The notes: generated by a model not told the origin, from the letters alone. Positions 54,861 to 64,000 are shown, numbered from the stretch's first letter. The stretch is DNA of 64,000 bases from a virus (IMGVR_UViG_3300021976_000008:25164-89163); one strand, 5' to 3'. Program-made: numbers and translations.

Positions 54861-55396
54861 GGGGAGACTGTAACGGGATCGCAACACGTTCTAGACCTCC
54901 GGCACTAGAGCAGGGACTACGCTGGGGGTTGATCCCAGGAGAGACCGAGCACCCCGCGAGGGACGGTCCCCAGCTAGAGCACCTAGCGAGCGATAGGGCA
55001 GGGATTCACCCCTAGGGGATGCGCTCCGATCTCGGGAGCGTCCCCCTATCTCTTGGTGGGTGACGGCCAGTGCCAGGCCAGGGATATATGGCAGGCCAGA
55101 CTTAGCCACCGTTGACGGTTCGGCAGTCGTTCCGCGTGAGGGAAGCAATCCGCGGCAGTAGACGACACTTGACCTAGGGGTGAAGGGTCTCCGTAGCGCA
55201 CGGGGGTTTACGGCTCAGCTATCGGGCTAGTTCCCCGGTAGCGAGCTAGTGGACACTGCCTAGGCCTTCCCGGTCTGCCGCTAGTAGCTATACGGACCGC
55301 GCTAGCGAGACCTCGGAGACCTAATGGTCTCTAACGTTGCTCGCTTTAACGACTCGACATCGTCGCGGTTCACTGACCTAGAAGAGGGATGAGGCT

Positions 55397-55606
55397 ATGC
55401 CTAGCAACGAAATCGTTACTGAGGATGGTGTCACGGTTCACAAGGGTGACCGCGTGTTCAACTACTACGATCGCGTCTACTGCGTGATCACGGAAGATCC
55501 CGACTCTCAGGGATGGTTCAACACAACCGAGGACGATGGCAGGCGGACGCCACTGAACGGGGCTCGTATCTGTTCCGTTGCTTTCGCAGAAAGGAAGGGT
55601 TGGTAA
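55397..55606 (+). CDS. hypothetical protein (69 aa), first gene of the compositionally distinct right-hand segment
   Basis: GAGGGATGAGG RBS; lower-GC codon usage. Confidence 0.5.
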   Translation: MPSNEIVTEDGVTVHKGDRVFNYYDRVYCVITEDPDSQGWFNTTEDDGRRTPLNGARICSVAFAERKGW

Positions 55607-55818
55607 TGGCAGTCACAACGCGGGCCATCAACGGCCGTACCTATGAGGTTTACCGGCCGGTAGGTCACAAGCGCGGTGGCAACGCGGCGGTAGCGATCTC
55701 TGGTCACCTCACGGACGACTTGCGAGGAGAGATCTCGCATGCTGGCAGACAGTTGAATGTCGACCAGGTCGCGGTATGGCGCGGTGATGAGGTGATCGCC
55801 ATGGTCCCCGCATCATGA
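55606..55818 (+). CDS. hypothetical protein (70 aa)
   Basis: TAATG coupling. Confidence 0.45.
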   Translation: MAVTTRAINGRTYEVYRPVGHKRGGNAAVAISGHLTDDLRGEISHAGRQLNVDQVAVWRGDEVIAMVPAS

Positions 55819-56246
55819 GCACCCACCAATGCGACATCGCTACGTGCACGCTCACGTTCCCGACTGATCGGGAGCGCTACTTGCACCGTATGAACGATCA
55901 CACCGCGGACGAACGCGGCGACGTCGTTCCGGACGGACCTACCACTAGGGCCAGCTCGGGCGCGCCACCCGCGGAGTACGCGGAAGCGAAGAGCAACCGT
56001 CGCGCCGCTCGCCGCGCCGCTCGTGCCGATCACGTGATGTCAATGCGAACGACACTAGGGCTCGTGCGCTTCAGCGAAGCTACGGAGGACGGCGCGTGTC
56101 CTCGTTGCCACGGCTACACATTCAAGGCTAAGCGCTCCGCTGGTGCGAAGCTCTTTGGCGCCGTGTTCGGGGGGATCGGAATCCTCGCCATGCCAAAGGG
56201 TGACGTTCAGTGCGAGTCGTGCGGAATCACATTCAAGAGGGGATGA
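55815..56246 (+). CDS. zinc-finger protein (143 aa)
   Basis: CDIATC..H..H and CPRCHG...CESCG. Confidence 0.45.
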   Translation: MSTHQCDIATCTLTFPTDRERYLHRMNDHTADERGDVVPDGPTTRASSGAPPAEYAEAKSNRRAARRAARADHVMSMRTTLGLVRFSEATEDGACPRCHGYTFKAKRSAGAKLFGAVFGGIGILAMPKGDVQCESCGITFKRG

Positions 56247-56250
56247 GGAA

Positions 56251-56640
56251 ATGAGCTACTACGACACTCCGACCTGGTCGGATTTCAACTACCAAGAGCG
56301 TCACGGACACCTACCGGACAAGGGCTCTAGCGCGGAGGAAATGCGCGAGTACTTCGGAGATCCCGACGGTGGCGACTACGATCATGAGCACGTGCGCGAC
56401 GTCATGCGCGCCGTTGGGGAAGAAAGCATGTCGCAACGTATGCGCGAGTTAGAGGACGAGAACGCGGCGCTGCGCGAAGAGCTTGACGTCAACTACTGCG
56501 GTACTTGCGGGAGACGAGAGGTTAAGGGCGTGCCCTTCCCGACTCGCGCTCGCCACGTGGCAAGCGGAGAGGTACACGCGACCGACGGTCTCGTTTGTGG
56601 CATATGCCTAGTTCGGGACGGTTACGAGCATGTCGGTTAA
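56251..56640 (+). CDS. hypothetical protein (129 aa) with C-terminal CxxC pairs
   Basis: AAGAGGGGATGAGGAA RBS. Confidence 0.5.
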   Translation: MSYYDTPTWSDFNYQERHGHLPDKGSSAEEMREYFGDPDGGDYDHEHVRDVMRAVGEESMSQRMRELEDENAALREELDVNYCGTCGRREVKGVPFPTRARHVASGEVHATDGLVCGICLVRDGYEHVG

Positions 56641-56872
56641 GCGACTTACCCCGCATCAACGCGAAGTGTGGAAGCGCCTTTGCAAGTACGCAAGCAACGA
56701 TAACGCTCGCGGCGGCGACGGTTGGGTTAGCGCTAAGGACATTGGGAGTCGGGGCGCGCTTGACCACCTAGTGGCTAAGGGCTACGCGGAGCGGAAAGAG
56801 GACATCGGCCCGCGGGGCGGTAGCCACTACTTCTATCGCCAGACCGGCGCCAATTGGGACTGGCAGGGCTAG
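56630..56872 (+). CDS. winged-helix DNA-binding protein (80 aa)
   Basis: RGALDHLVAKGYAERKE wHTH-like. Confidence 0.4.
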   Translation: MSVKRLTPHQREVWKRLCKYASNDNARGGDGWVSAKDIGSRGALDHLVAKGYAERKEDIGPRGGSHYFYRQTGANWDWQG

Positions 56873-57120
56873 TGACGACACTTCTATTCGCACTCGCCTA
56901 CTACGCGTCGCGACCATTCAACCGCAAGCGCTCCGACCCCTACCGGTCAACGCGAATCGGTCCTAACGGAAACGTCATCGTCGTCTATCGCTATCCCGAC
57001 CCAGGACCGATCCCCGATCCTGGCCAGGGGGACTAGCACCTACCGAGCGATACCGGTCTAGGCGGAATCGGTATTAGCTCGGATGGCTACTAGGCCAGTA
57101 GAGCAACAAAGGATGGGAAA

Positions 57121-57261
57121 CATGAACGCATTTCGTTTCTTCGCAATCGTCGCGGGCAAGATCACCCGCGGGACTGTCCTGGCAATCGATGCCGCGGAAG
57201 CGCGAGCGATGGTCCGCGAGCACTTCGACAATGTCGCCAACGTCAACGTTCGTGGCATCTA
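57121..57261 (+). CDS. small protein (46 aa) after the conserved leader CAAAGGATGGGAAAC
   Basis: RBS motif shared with genes at 57477 and 62993. Confidence 0.4.
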
Positions 57262-57476
57262 GGTGGACGCACTCGACTACTACGACGCTTGGTTTCGTGG
57301 CGTCAATGACGCTAGTCGCCAAGCGATGGTCTACGTTCCCCCGCCGAACGCACAAGAGCGTAAGGCCTATAGCGAGGGATGGCACGCCTACAGCGCTTGC
57401 TAGTCGCTAGATCTAGGCGCACTCTCGCGAGTGCGCCTACACCTAGTTATTAGGGCAAAGGATGGGAACACAAAGG

Positions 57477-57641
57477 ATGTTGGAAACCGAGAGAGTGCGT
57501 TCGCTCATGGATGGGGTCGAGCGCGTGATCAGTGAGTATCAGAACAAGGACGCTCCGACCCCTACCGATAGCGCTATCGCGTTTGGTCGCGTTCTCGGAG
57601 TGATCGACTACTACCGCGAGCGATTCGGCGTGACGTCATGA
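57477..57641 (+). CDS. small protein (54 aa)
   Basis: Preceded by CAAAGGATGGGAACACAAAGGATG leader. Confidence 0.4.
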   Translation: MLETERVRSLMDGVERVISEYQNKDAPTPTDSAIAFGRVLGVIDYYRERFGVTS

Positions 57642-57841
57642 GTCGTCTCATAGAGGACTACCTAGACGCCGCGGAGCGCATGCGTTGGACACCAGCGACG
57701 TTCCTAAAGCGCAAGGGTCATGATTTCGTGCGACATCACGCCGCGCTAATCTGTGCGCTAGATGAGCGCGTGTCCGCCGGACGTGTCGTCGCGGTGTCAT
57801 CGAAGAATGGTGGCATTGCCTACCTAGAGGTAATCGAATGA
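57638..57841 (+). CDS. hypothetical protein (67 aa)
   Basis: ATGA coupling. Confidence 0.45.
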   Translation: MSRLIEDYLDAAERMRWTPATFLKRKGHDFVRHHAALICALDERVSAGRVVAVSSKNGGIAYLEVIE

Positions 57842-58002
57842 TGAGGCATGATGTTGACATTACCTACGGTCCGCATCAATGCCCTGACTGCAACTACGTA
57901 ATGATCCCTCCCGAACCTTTGGGGACTCCGGGCGATGATTCGTGGTACTGCGATCGTTGCGGACAATCCTGGTCGTTAGACCTAACCACCCGCGTACTGT
58001 GA
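57838..58002 (+). CDS. zinc-ribbon protein (54 aa)
   Basis: CPDCNY...CDRCG. Confidence 0.4.
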   Translation: MMRHDVDITYGPHQCPDCNYVMIPPEPLGTPGDDSWYCDRCGQSWSLDLTTRVL

Positions 58003-58016
58003 ATAGAGGTAATCAA

Positions 58017-58226
58017 ATGAGCGACTATATCAAAGACATCGCTGGTGAGACCGTTGCGACGGTCGTTGGCGACATGGGCGCGGTGCGCTGGTTTCTCGAT
58101 AACGGTCGGAGAGGTGATCGCCTAGCCAGTACCAACGAGCTAATGAGCGATCTCACCTCCGATCTCATGCCAGACCTGGCAGTCACCTTTGACGGTGACG
58201 GACAAGTGAAAGGTGAAAGGAAATGA
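58017..58226 (+). CDS. hypothetical protein (69 aa)
   Basis: AGAGGTAATCAA RBS then ATG. Confidence 0.45.
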   Translation: MSDYIKDIAGETVATVVGDMGAVRWFLDNGRRGDRLASTNELMSDLTSDLMPDLAVTFDGDGQVKGERK

Positions 58227-58552
58227 GCAATAGCGCTCCGATCTTTCTCCGGGCGGATAATTCGCCATGGGAAGAGCAGGGTGACGCGATCCGCGCCGCG
58301 CTCTTTGGCGAGCTGGTCAAGGTTGGCCACGATGTCGTCAAGCACTATCACTCCGACATCTACCACGATGCGACATGGGTTCAGGAGTACGTGGACGGAC
58401 CCATGACGTTCTACTACGCGGTACGTGATACCGGTACGTCTATCGGTACCGATCTCGCGCTGGTCGACCGTATAGCAGCAGCAGCGACTTACCGCGTTGA
58501 TCTCTCCGAGAACCGTGGCCGTTGGACCGTGACTATCCGAGAGGTGAATTGA
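58223..58552 (+). CDS. hypothetical protein (109 aa)
   Basis: ATGA coupling. Confidence 0.45.
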   Translation: MSNSAPIFLRADNSPWEEQGDAIRAALFGELVKVGHDVVKHYHSDIYHDATWVQEYVDGPMTFYYAVRDTGTSIGTDLALVDRIAAAATYRVDLSENRGRWTVTIREVN

Positions 58553-59328
58553 TGAGTAAGACCCTTACGTCTGACGAAATGGTCGTCATACTCCGCGAGG
58601 ACGCGGGCGACCATTTCTCGTTCCTGACATCAACGCGAGACCGGGTAAACGAATGGCTGGCGCGAGGTGATGGGATCGCGGTCTATCAGAACGAGGACTT
58701 AGGTTCTCGTAATGTTGGGGCGCGTCGATTCGTCTCTTTCGGCTCCCACGATGCGATGATCGAAACCGATGATCCCACGCGACAAATGCCAGGTGCTAGG
58801 GGTGAGATCACGTGGCGTTATCAACTAGAGGCTACGTATCGCGGCGCTCCGTTGGTGTTCGTTGTCGACAACCCTCGTGATCTCCGCCAAACGAGCAAGC
58901 GTTCCGATCTCCGCGACGTGGTCGATTTGTGGTGGTCCGCGACACTGGACAATCACGAGCCTGCGCGTTCGTGGGGATCGGGATACGCGCAAGAGTATTC
59001 GACCGATCATGGCACTCGCTCCATTGTCCTCTGGGATAGCGAGGAATTGCGTGATGCTGACAAGTGCGTATTCCTCATCGATGATGGGGATACGGTGCGT
59101 CCGTACTACGTATCTGGGCATCCTGCCGATAACGAGAGTCTTTGGCTTAAGCCCTTCCCGACAACGATTCACGCATGCGATGAGTGCGGAATCGAGTTCA
59201 CGGAACGCGAAGAGGCTTGCGACTCTTGCTACTCGCGTAAGCAGCGCAATGGATTCCGTCCGATCGAATTCGGCACGTGGTCGCTCGGACCGCGTCGCGC
59301 CTATCACTTGAAAGTGAGGAGAGGTTAG
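58552..59328 (+). CDS. hypothetical protein (258 aa) with C-terminal CxxC..CxxC
   Basis: Long protein-like ORF. Confidence 0.5.
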   Translation: MSKTLTSDEMVVILREDAGDHFSFLTSTRDRVNEWLARGDGIAVYQNEDLGSRNVGARRFVSFGSHDAMIETDDPTRQMPGARGEITWRYQLEATYRGAPLVFVVDNPRDLRQTSKRSDLRDVVDLWWSATLDNHEPARSWGSGYAQEYSTDHGTRSIVLWDSEELRDADKCVFLIDDGDTVRPYYVSGHPADNESLWLKPFPTTIHACDECGIEFTEREEACDSCYSRKQRNGFRPIEFGTWSLGPRRAYHLKVRRG

Positions 59329-59331
59329 GCA

Positions 59332-59544
59332 ATGGTGACACTTACGGGTTTCGAGCATGATATTGAGCGCGCTCACTATTATGCACTAGGCGCGATGCAT
59401 CGCGTTTATATCGCTGGTGTCGCGTGGGATGATCTCTACGCGGTTGCTACCGGTTTCACTTACTACTACACGCGGCACGTAGGCAAGGGTCTCGGCCACG
59501 CGTGGGAGGAGTACGCGAAGGCGCTAAGCGAGTTGAGTTCGTAG
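59332..59544 (+). CDS. hypothetical protein (70 aa)
   Basis: GAGGAGAGG RBS. Confidence 0.45.
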   Translation: MVTLTGFEHDIERAHYYALGAMHRVYIAGVAWDDLYAVATGFTYYYTRHVGKGLGHAWEEYAKALSELSS

Positions 59545-59612
59545 CTCTACTACGCGTAGCGAGCCTTAAGGGTTCGGTACGCGTCATGGCACTACGAAAG
59601 GGAAGGAAGGCT

Positions 59613-60050
59613 ATGCGAGCAATTGAGTTTGTGCGTAAGTATCGGATCACCGGTGAGATCATCGATGGTCCGAATACGTCAAGCGATGGTGGTTGGGAGC
59701 ACTACGCAATGCAAGTGCGTCTATCCCTCACAACTGGCGTGGGCGAGATTCGACACTTTGAAATGTCGTTCATGGCAGGCGTTGCGTGGAGCATGCCGGA
59801 GTTCACCGGTGATAGCGACACTCTTCCTGCTAAGTCGGTTGGGGAGATCATCGGCTCGTTGGCTGACAATCTCCGTAGCCGCGATAAGTCATGGGGCGAG
59901 TACGCGAGCGACTTTCATCCCGGTGACCCCAATGACTTGACGGTGCGCGAGCACAACACGTGGGAAGAAGTGATCGCGCAGGGTCGCAAGGTCGCCGATT
60001 GGCTTTACAGTCAAGCCATGCTTGACGACATGGAAAGTGTGGTTGAGTGA
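59613..60050 (+). CDS. hypothetical protein (145 aa)
   Basis: GAAAGGGAAGGAAGG RBS then ATG. Confidence 0.5.
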   Translation: MRAIEFVRKYRITGEIIDGPNTSSDGGWEHYAMQVRLSLTTGVGEIRHFEMSFMAGVAWSMPEFTGDSDTLPAKSVGEIIGSLADNLRSRDKSWGEYASDFHPGDPNDLTVREHNTWEEVIAQGRKVADWLYSQAMLDDMESVVE

Positions 60051-61240
60051 TCGAACTATTCCTCTTAGGCGCCGCGGCTGGCGCGGTGGTCAAGGCGCGG
60101 CAAGCGCGCCCGGCCAGGGTCGGCCCTAGACGTCGTAGGGGGCGAGCGTGGGAGCTACCCGGCCTAGATGTACTGGCAAGCGCTCCGCGGCCCTTAGGGG
60201 GCGATCTAGGGGGCTATGGCGAGACCCTGATCTCCGGACTCTCTGCCCGTGGCCTAGAGGTCCGCTTAGCTGGGACCGTCACCGGTCCCAGCGTCGTCCG
60301 GTACGAACTAGACCTAGGCGACGCTCGACTCTCACGGTTGACGGGGCTTACGAGGGATATTGGCTACCTATTGGGTGCTTCTAACCCTCGCATCCTGACT
60401 CCCGTAGACGGTCGGAGCGTCGTAGGTATCGAAGTGCCGCGTAGGGAGCGTGAGCTAGTCACGCTTGCGTCCGTCCTCGGACGCAAGCGTCTAGGGGTCC
60501 TAGACGTAGCCATAGGGCTAACGACTGACGCCATGCCAGTAATGGCAAACCTCGCGCAGCTACACCACGTGCTAGTAGCGGGAGCTACTGGCGCGGGCAA
60601 GTCGACATTCCTCAATTCGCTTATCGTAAGTCTGCTAGTAGGTGCTAGCCCTAAGGACTTGCAGCTACTGCTAATCGACCCTAAGCGAGTTGAGCTATCA
60701 CAGTACGCAGGCTTACCTCATTTGTGGCGACCGATAGCCAAGGATGGCGGTGACGCCATAATCGCATTGGTGGCAGTCGTAGAGGAAATGAACCGACGCT
60801 ATGCGTTCATGGAGCGCAAGGGTTTCCGGAACATCGCGGAGGCTAGGGCGAAAGGCGTTGACCTTCCTTACTTGGTTGTCATCATCGATGAGGTAGCAGA
60901 GTTGATGATGGTCGCTAGGGAGCACGTAGAGCCTGCCATAGCGGGTATAGCTCGCTTAGGACGGGGCGCGGGAATTCACCTCGTGCCAGCTACGCAGAGA
61001 CCAGACGTGAAAGTCATTACCGGAGAGATCAAAGCAAACATCCCGGCTCGTGTTGCCTTTGCAGTCGCTAGCAACACTGATAGCAGGGTGATACTTGACG
61101 CCAACGGAGCGGAGAATCTCACCGGTAAAGGTGATCTCCTCTTTAGTACCGGCGGACATGAGTTGACACGAGCGCAAGGCGCGTACGTGACAGACGACGA
61201 AATTAGGAAGGTAGTGCAATGGTGGATAAAGCAAAGGTGA
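60047..61240 (+). CDS. FtsK/SpoIIIE-family DNA translocase (TraB-like), 397 aa
   Basis: Walker A VLVAGATGAGKSTFLNSL, Walker B VVIIDEVAEL, N-terminal TM helix. Confidence 0.8.
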   Translation: MIELFLLGAAAGAVVKARQARPARVGPRRRRGRAWELPGLDVLASAPRPLGGDLGGYGETLISGLSARGLEVRLAGTVTGPSVVRYELDLGDARLSRLTGLTRDIGYLLGASNPRILTPVDGRSVVGIEVPRRERELVTLASVLGRKRLGVLDVAIGLTTDAMPVMANLAQLHHVLVAGATGAGKSTFLNSLIVSLLVGASPKDLQLLLIDPKRVELSQYAGLPHLWRPIAKDGGDAIIALVAVVEEMNRRYAFMERKGFRNIAEARAKGVDLPYLVVIIDEVAELMMVAREHVEPAIAGIARLGRGAGIHLVPATQRPDVKVITGEIKANIPARVAFAVASNTDSRVILDANGAENLTGKGDLLFSTGGHELTRAQGAYVTDDEIRKVVQWWIKQR

Positions 61241-61620
61241 CGACGACGGTAAAGATTGACGTGGAGATCACGTCAGTCCGCTACGTCAAGGCGGTTGACC
61301 CTGACCCTGACCTTTCGTGGTTAGAGCAGGAGTGCTTTAACGACGCGACAGATACCGAACCGGCTGATTACGGTAAGCGTCGTATTGAGGCTTACCGTCA
61401 AGGGGAATGGTGGGCGGTTGGGATCTACGCGGAAGCGTTGACTCGCGACGAGACCGTCATTGCTCGGAGCGGAGGAGTGTGGGGAATCGAAAGCGATTCC
61501 GATGACGCTCATTTCAACGAGGTTGCTAGTGACGAACGTTCCGAGCTTTCCTCATCACTAGGGCTCGGCGTTGACGGACTCGATAGCGTTCGGACCGATT
61601 GGGTTGAGTTAGATGTCTAA
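61219..61620 (+). CDS. hypothetical acidic protein (133 aa)
   Basis: Overlaps translocase 3' end. Confidence 0.45.
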   Translation: MVDKAKVTTTVKIDVEITSVRYVKAVDPDPDLSWLEQECFNDATDTEPADYGKRRIEAYRQGEWWAVGIYAEALTRDETVIARSGGVWGIESDSDDAHFNEVASDERSELSSSLGLGVDGLDSVRTDWVELDV

Positions 61621-61795
61621 GGACGAACGTATTCCGCTTCCCGATAACACGTTCTATCGTCCGATGCGAAGGGGTCATCTTATCCTTAAGGGGCATGAGC
61701 TTGACGCTTACTACGGTCCGTTCGACGAGACGACCGGTATCGGTACCGGCATTATCCGCGTGTGTTGCGGAGAGGACAAGTGCGATGACGACTAA
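61613..61795 (+). CDS. hypothetical protein (60 aa)
   Basis: Coupled ORF. Confidence 0.4.
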   Translation: MSKDERIPLPDNTFYRPMRRGHLILKGHELDAYYGPFDETTGIGTGIIRVCCGEDKCDDD

Positions 61796-62399
61796 CGCAT
61801 TTCGCGTGTGGTCAGAACGCTTGGATACTGGCACTTTGACCAAATCGCAAGTGCAGCAATTCGCGGGTGCTATCAGTACCGTTGCGCTAGGTCGAATGCA
61901 ACGCGGCAGGCACTCCGCCTTGACTCATGAGGAGTGCGTCTCTCTGTATAGGCGCATTCGTTCGCAGTCCGTTCGCTTGACCGATGATCACACGCGGCAA
62001 GGTCACGATTGGCTAAGTCGCTATGGCGCAAAGGTGCTCGCTATGGATAGCGAGACTCATTCCGCCATGATGCTCGCATTCGACCATTTCTCATGGGACG
62101 GTCAAATCGTAGATGGGTCGGTATTGCCTATCTGGACTGTTCACCTCACGACTGGCGCGGTTCTGCAATACTTCAATGCGTCATGGGTCAGCAAGGCTTA
62201 CGACAACGAGCGTGACTCTGCTTACTGGTGGGGTATTCGTGATAGCGAGCCTATCGAACGGTCGGATTACGACTATCTCGATTCGTTTGCTGACGCGGAA
62301 CGCGTGTCTGTCTTTGCAGACAACGAGATCGACGAATGGAATTCGTTCGTTGATGGCATCCGCGAGCGTACTAAGAGCTTGCGAGGGAAGGTGCGCTAG
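61785..62399 (+). CDS. hypothetical protein (204 aa)
   Basis: GGAGAGGACAAG RBS then ATG. Confidence 0.5.
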   Translation: MTTNAFRVWSERLDTGTLTKSQVQQFAGAISTVALGRMQRGRHSALTHEECVSLYRRIRSQSVRLTDDHTRQGHDWLSRYGAKVLAMDSETHSAMMLAFDHFSWDGQIVDGSVLPIWTVHLTTGAVLQYFNASWVSKAYDNERDSAYWWGIRDSEPIERSDYDYLDSFADAERVSVFADNEIDEWNSFVDGIRERTKSLRGKVR

Positions 62400-62918
62400 A
62401 TGGCACTCATACTGAAATCCGAATGGTGCAAGCACTGCCGCGAGCGAATCACGCTTAGGCGTTATGCCGCGGCTCGACCGTTACCCGGATTCCCCGCGGC
62501 GGATAGCGTTGATCTCTGGGTCAACGGTAACGGCGCGTTCCCTGGTGATCAGTCATTGTGCGAGCATCACGACATAGGCGACGACATCGGTTCCTATGGG
62601 CATCACGAGCCGGCCGGTAACTCTCTGGTCGTTAGTGTCTGGTCTGCCTATGGGCATCGGTTCCTTTGGGAAGATGGCAGAAAGGCCTGTTTCGCATGCG
62701 GAGCGGTTTATGATCTAGTAGCGGACTCCGATGACCCAACCCGCGGCGAGTATGTCAATCGACGCGGTGATGCTGCTATGTCTTGCGCTGACTTGCGAGA
62801 TCTCGTTCATGGCATAGAGCGCAATTGCGAAGTTGACAATGGGAAACCCTGCAATGGCGGTAGCGAGCCGTGCGAGCACACTGACCACGATTGCAACTGC
62901 CTACAGTGCCAAACCTGA
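62400..62918 (+). CDS. Cys/His-rich protein (172 aa)
   Basis: Coupled ORF; multiple CxxC/H pairs. Confidence 0.45.
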   Translation: MALILKSEWCKHCRERITLRRYAAARPLPGFPAADSVDLWVNGNGAFPGDQSLCEHHDIGDDIGSYGHHEPAGNSLVVSVWSAYGHRFLWEDGRKACFACGAVYDLVADSDDPTRGEYVNRRGDAAMSCADLRDLVHGIERNCEVDNGKPCNGGSEPCEHTDHDCNCLQCQT

Positions 62919-62992
62919 CCCTCTAGTCCCTGATAGTCTCCGGTACCGAGCGCTACCGTAAAGCGCTCATCAACAAAGGATGGGAATCCAAC

Positions 62993-63496
62993 ATGCGTAA
63001 GTTCATGATCATGGCCGCACTCGCGGCAACCGTGGTGATGCTGGGAGCGTGCGATGCCGCGCCCGAGCGCGAAGGTCCGACCGCGGAATCTATCGAATCC
63101 GCCCTAGAGAACTACGATCGCCGCACGTCTGACACGACCACCCCCGACGCGGATGGTCCCGCGGTCGACCGCGAGGACACCATGACGTCAACCGAGCGTG
63201 AGCGTTTCGGTTCGTGGGATGGCACGGGCGACACGCCCTATGGCGACGACTCTGACAACGATGGTCGGTTCTCGGACGTCACGTGCGGAGGGTGGCACGG
63301 TAGCGAGCACAAGATGACGTGCACGTATGGCGATGGCACCATTGCTGCTATCGGCATCGACTACGTCAACGCTGGTTGGGTGTGGGGCATCACGCCTATC
63401 TCCCAGCCTGGCCAATGTCCCAGCGAGTCAATGTGTCTGGTCACGTGGGACCATGCCACGACGAGCCCCGTGGTCGTGCCAGTCCCAGGAGGCTAG
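62993..63496 (+). CDS. lipoprotein (167 aa; signal peptide, lipobox LGAC)
   Basis: MRKFMIMAALAATVVMLGAC; CAAAGGATGGGAATCCAAC leader. Confidence 0.6.
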   Translation: MRKFMIMAALAATVVMLGACDAAPEREGPTAESIESALENYDRRTSDTTTPDADGPAVDREDTMTSTERERFGSWDGTGDTPYGDDSDNDGRFSDVTCGGWHGSEHKMTCTYGDGTIAAIGIDYVNAGWVWGITPISQPGQCPSESMCLVTWDHATTSPVVVPVPGG

Positions 63497-63535
63497 GCCT
63501 AGCCCTAACCCTCTAGCCCCCTAAGCCTTGCATTA

Positions 63536-63570
63536 GGCCCCTCCGCCTACGGGCGGAGGGGCCTTTGCGC
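63536..63570 (+). terminator. strong rho-independent terminator GGCCCCTCCGCC-TACG-GGCGGAGGGGCC-TTTGCGC
   Basis: Perfect 12-bp stem plus T-run. Confidence 0.8.
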
Positions 63571-63677
63571 GCCCGCACTCTGATTAGTTGCGCAGTCAAC
63601 TACTTTGAATGGGGTCGACCAGCTCGCACCGCGTGGCTACTGTCAACGCTCGTGCACGAGCGCTCGTGCTCCCCTCA

Positions 63678-63750
63678 GTAGCCAGGGTGGAGGAGGGGGG
63701 TAGTAGGTGGGAGGGTAGGTAGATGGGAGGAGGGATGGATGGGGACGGGG
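63678..63750 (+). repeat. 70-nt purine/G-rich C-free tract (GGTGGAGGAGGGGGGTAGTAGGTGGGAGGGTAGGTAGATGGGAGGAGGGATGGATGGGGACGGGG)
   Basis: Read directly from sequence; many GGG runs. Confidence 0.8.
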
Positions 63751-64000
63751 CGCGGTAGAGTGACAGAGTTGTCATTTGTTAAGGTAATGAACAAACTCGC
63801 CCCGCCGGCCAGCTATCCACCCTCATGCATAAGTACGCATAGCGAGCGCTATGCTGACTGCGCATACCCCCACCCCGTATACCGATCTAGGGTCACATAC
63901 CCCCGTAGGGTATGGGTGGAGAGGCGAGCCTAGATGCTAATACCCTGGTCAGAGGGTATGGGGCCGCGAAAGGTTGCGGGGTACCCCCACCCCGTAAGGC

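Overview
This window looks like most of a temperate siphovirus-type actinobacteriophage genome (GC about 66%), followed from about 54.4 kb by a roughly 9.5 kb block of different composition. The evidence for temperate lifestyle is a large serine integrase at 26.0-27.6 kb (minus strand) and candidate repressor/operator elements. The evidence for an actinobacterial host is high GC, a DUF397 gene and GTG starts; no search was run.

Layout, left to right:
- 0-7 kb: the end of the tail-gene block, including a 1070-aa minor tail protein with 13 tandem Gly-rich repeats.
- 7-8.5 kb: lysis genes (PGRP-type amidase endolysin plus holin-like membrane proteins).
- 8.7-11 kb: a metallophosphoesterase and a nucleotidase/dNTP-pyrophosphohydrolase fusion.
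- 11.5-18 kb: a nine-gene glycosylation cassette of five glycosyltransferases, a 2OG-Fe(II) oxygenase, an NAD-dependent sugar dehydratase/epimerase, an NDP-hexose C-methyltransferase and a Cys-rich protein.
- 18-25 kb: a run of small rightward genes.
- 25-29 kb: a terminator-flanked winged-helix gene and the integrase operon, which has a perfect 14-bp terminal inverted repeat 18 bp upstream (candidate attP or operator).
- 29.5-37 kb: a leftward accessory island carrying DUF397, a ParB/DUF262-like protein, a tRNA (anticodon CUG, Gln), a tRNA 3' fragment, a hexamer repeat array and an SGNH lipoprotein hydrolase.
- 37.5-54.3 kb: two divergent XRE-type regulators with a recurring palindromic operator-like motif (GTGATAC-G-GTATCAC), then replication and recombination genes.
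- About 54.4 kb onward: a 1-kb AT-rich, palindrome-rich non-coding region, then about 9.5 kb of lower-GC, CTAG-rich DNA with different codon usage, carrying small genes and an FtsK/TraB-like translocase.

No CRISPR array and no rRNA were found. All coordinates and domain calls come from reading the sequence and the ORF track; no database searches were run.
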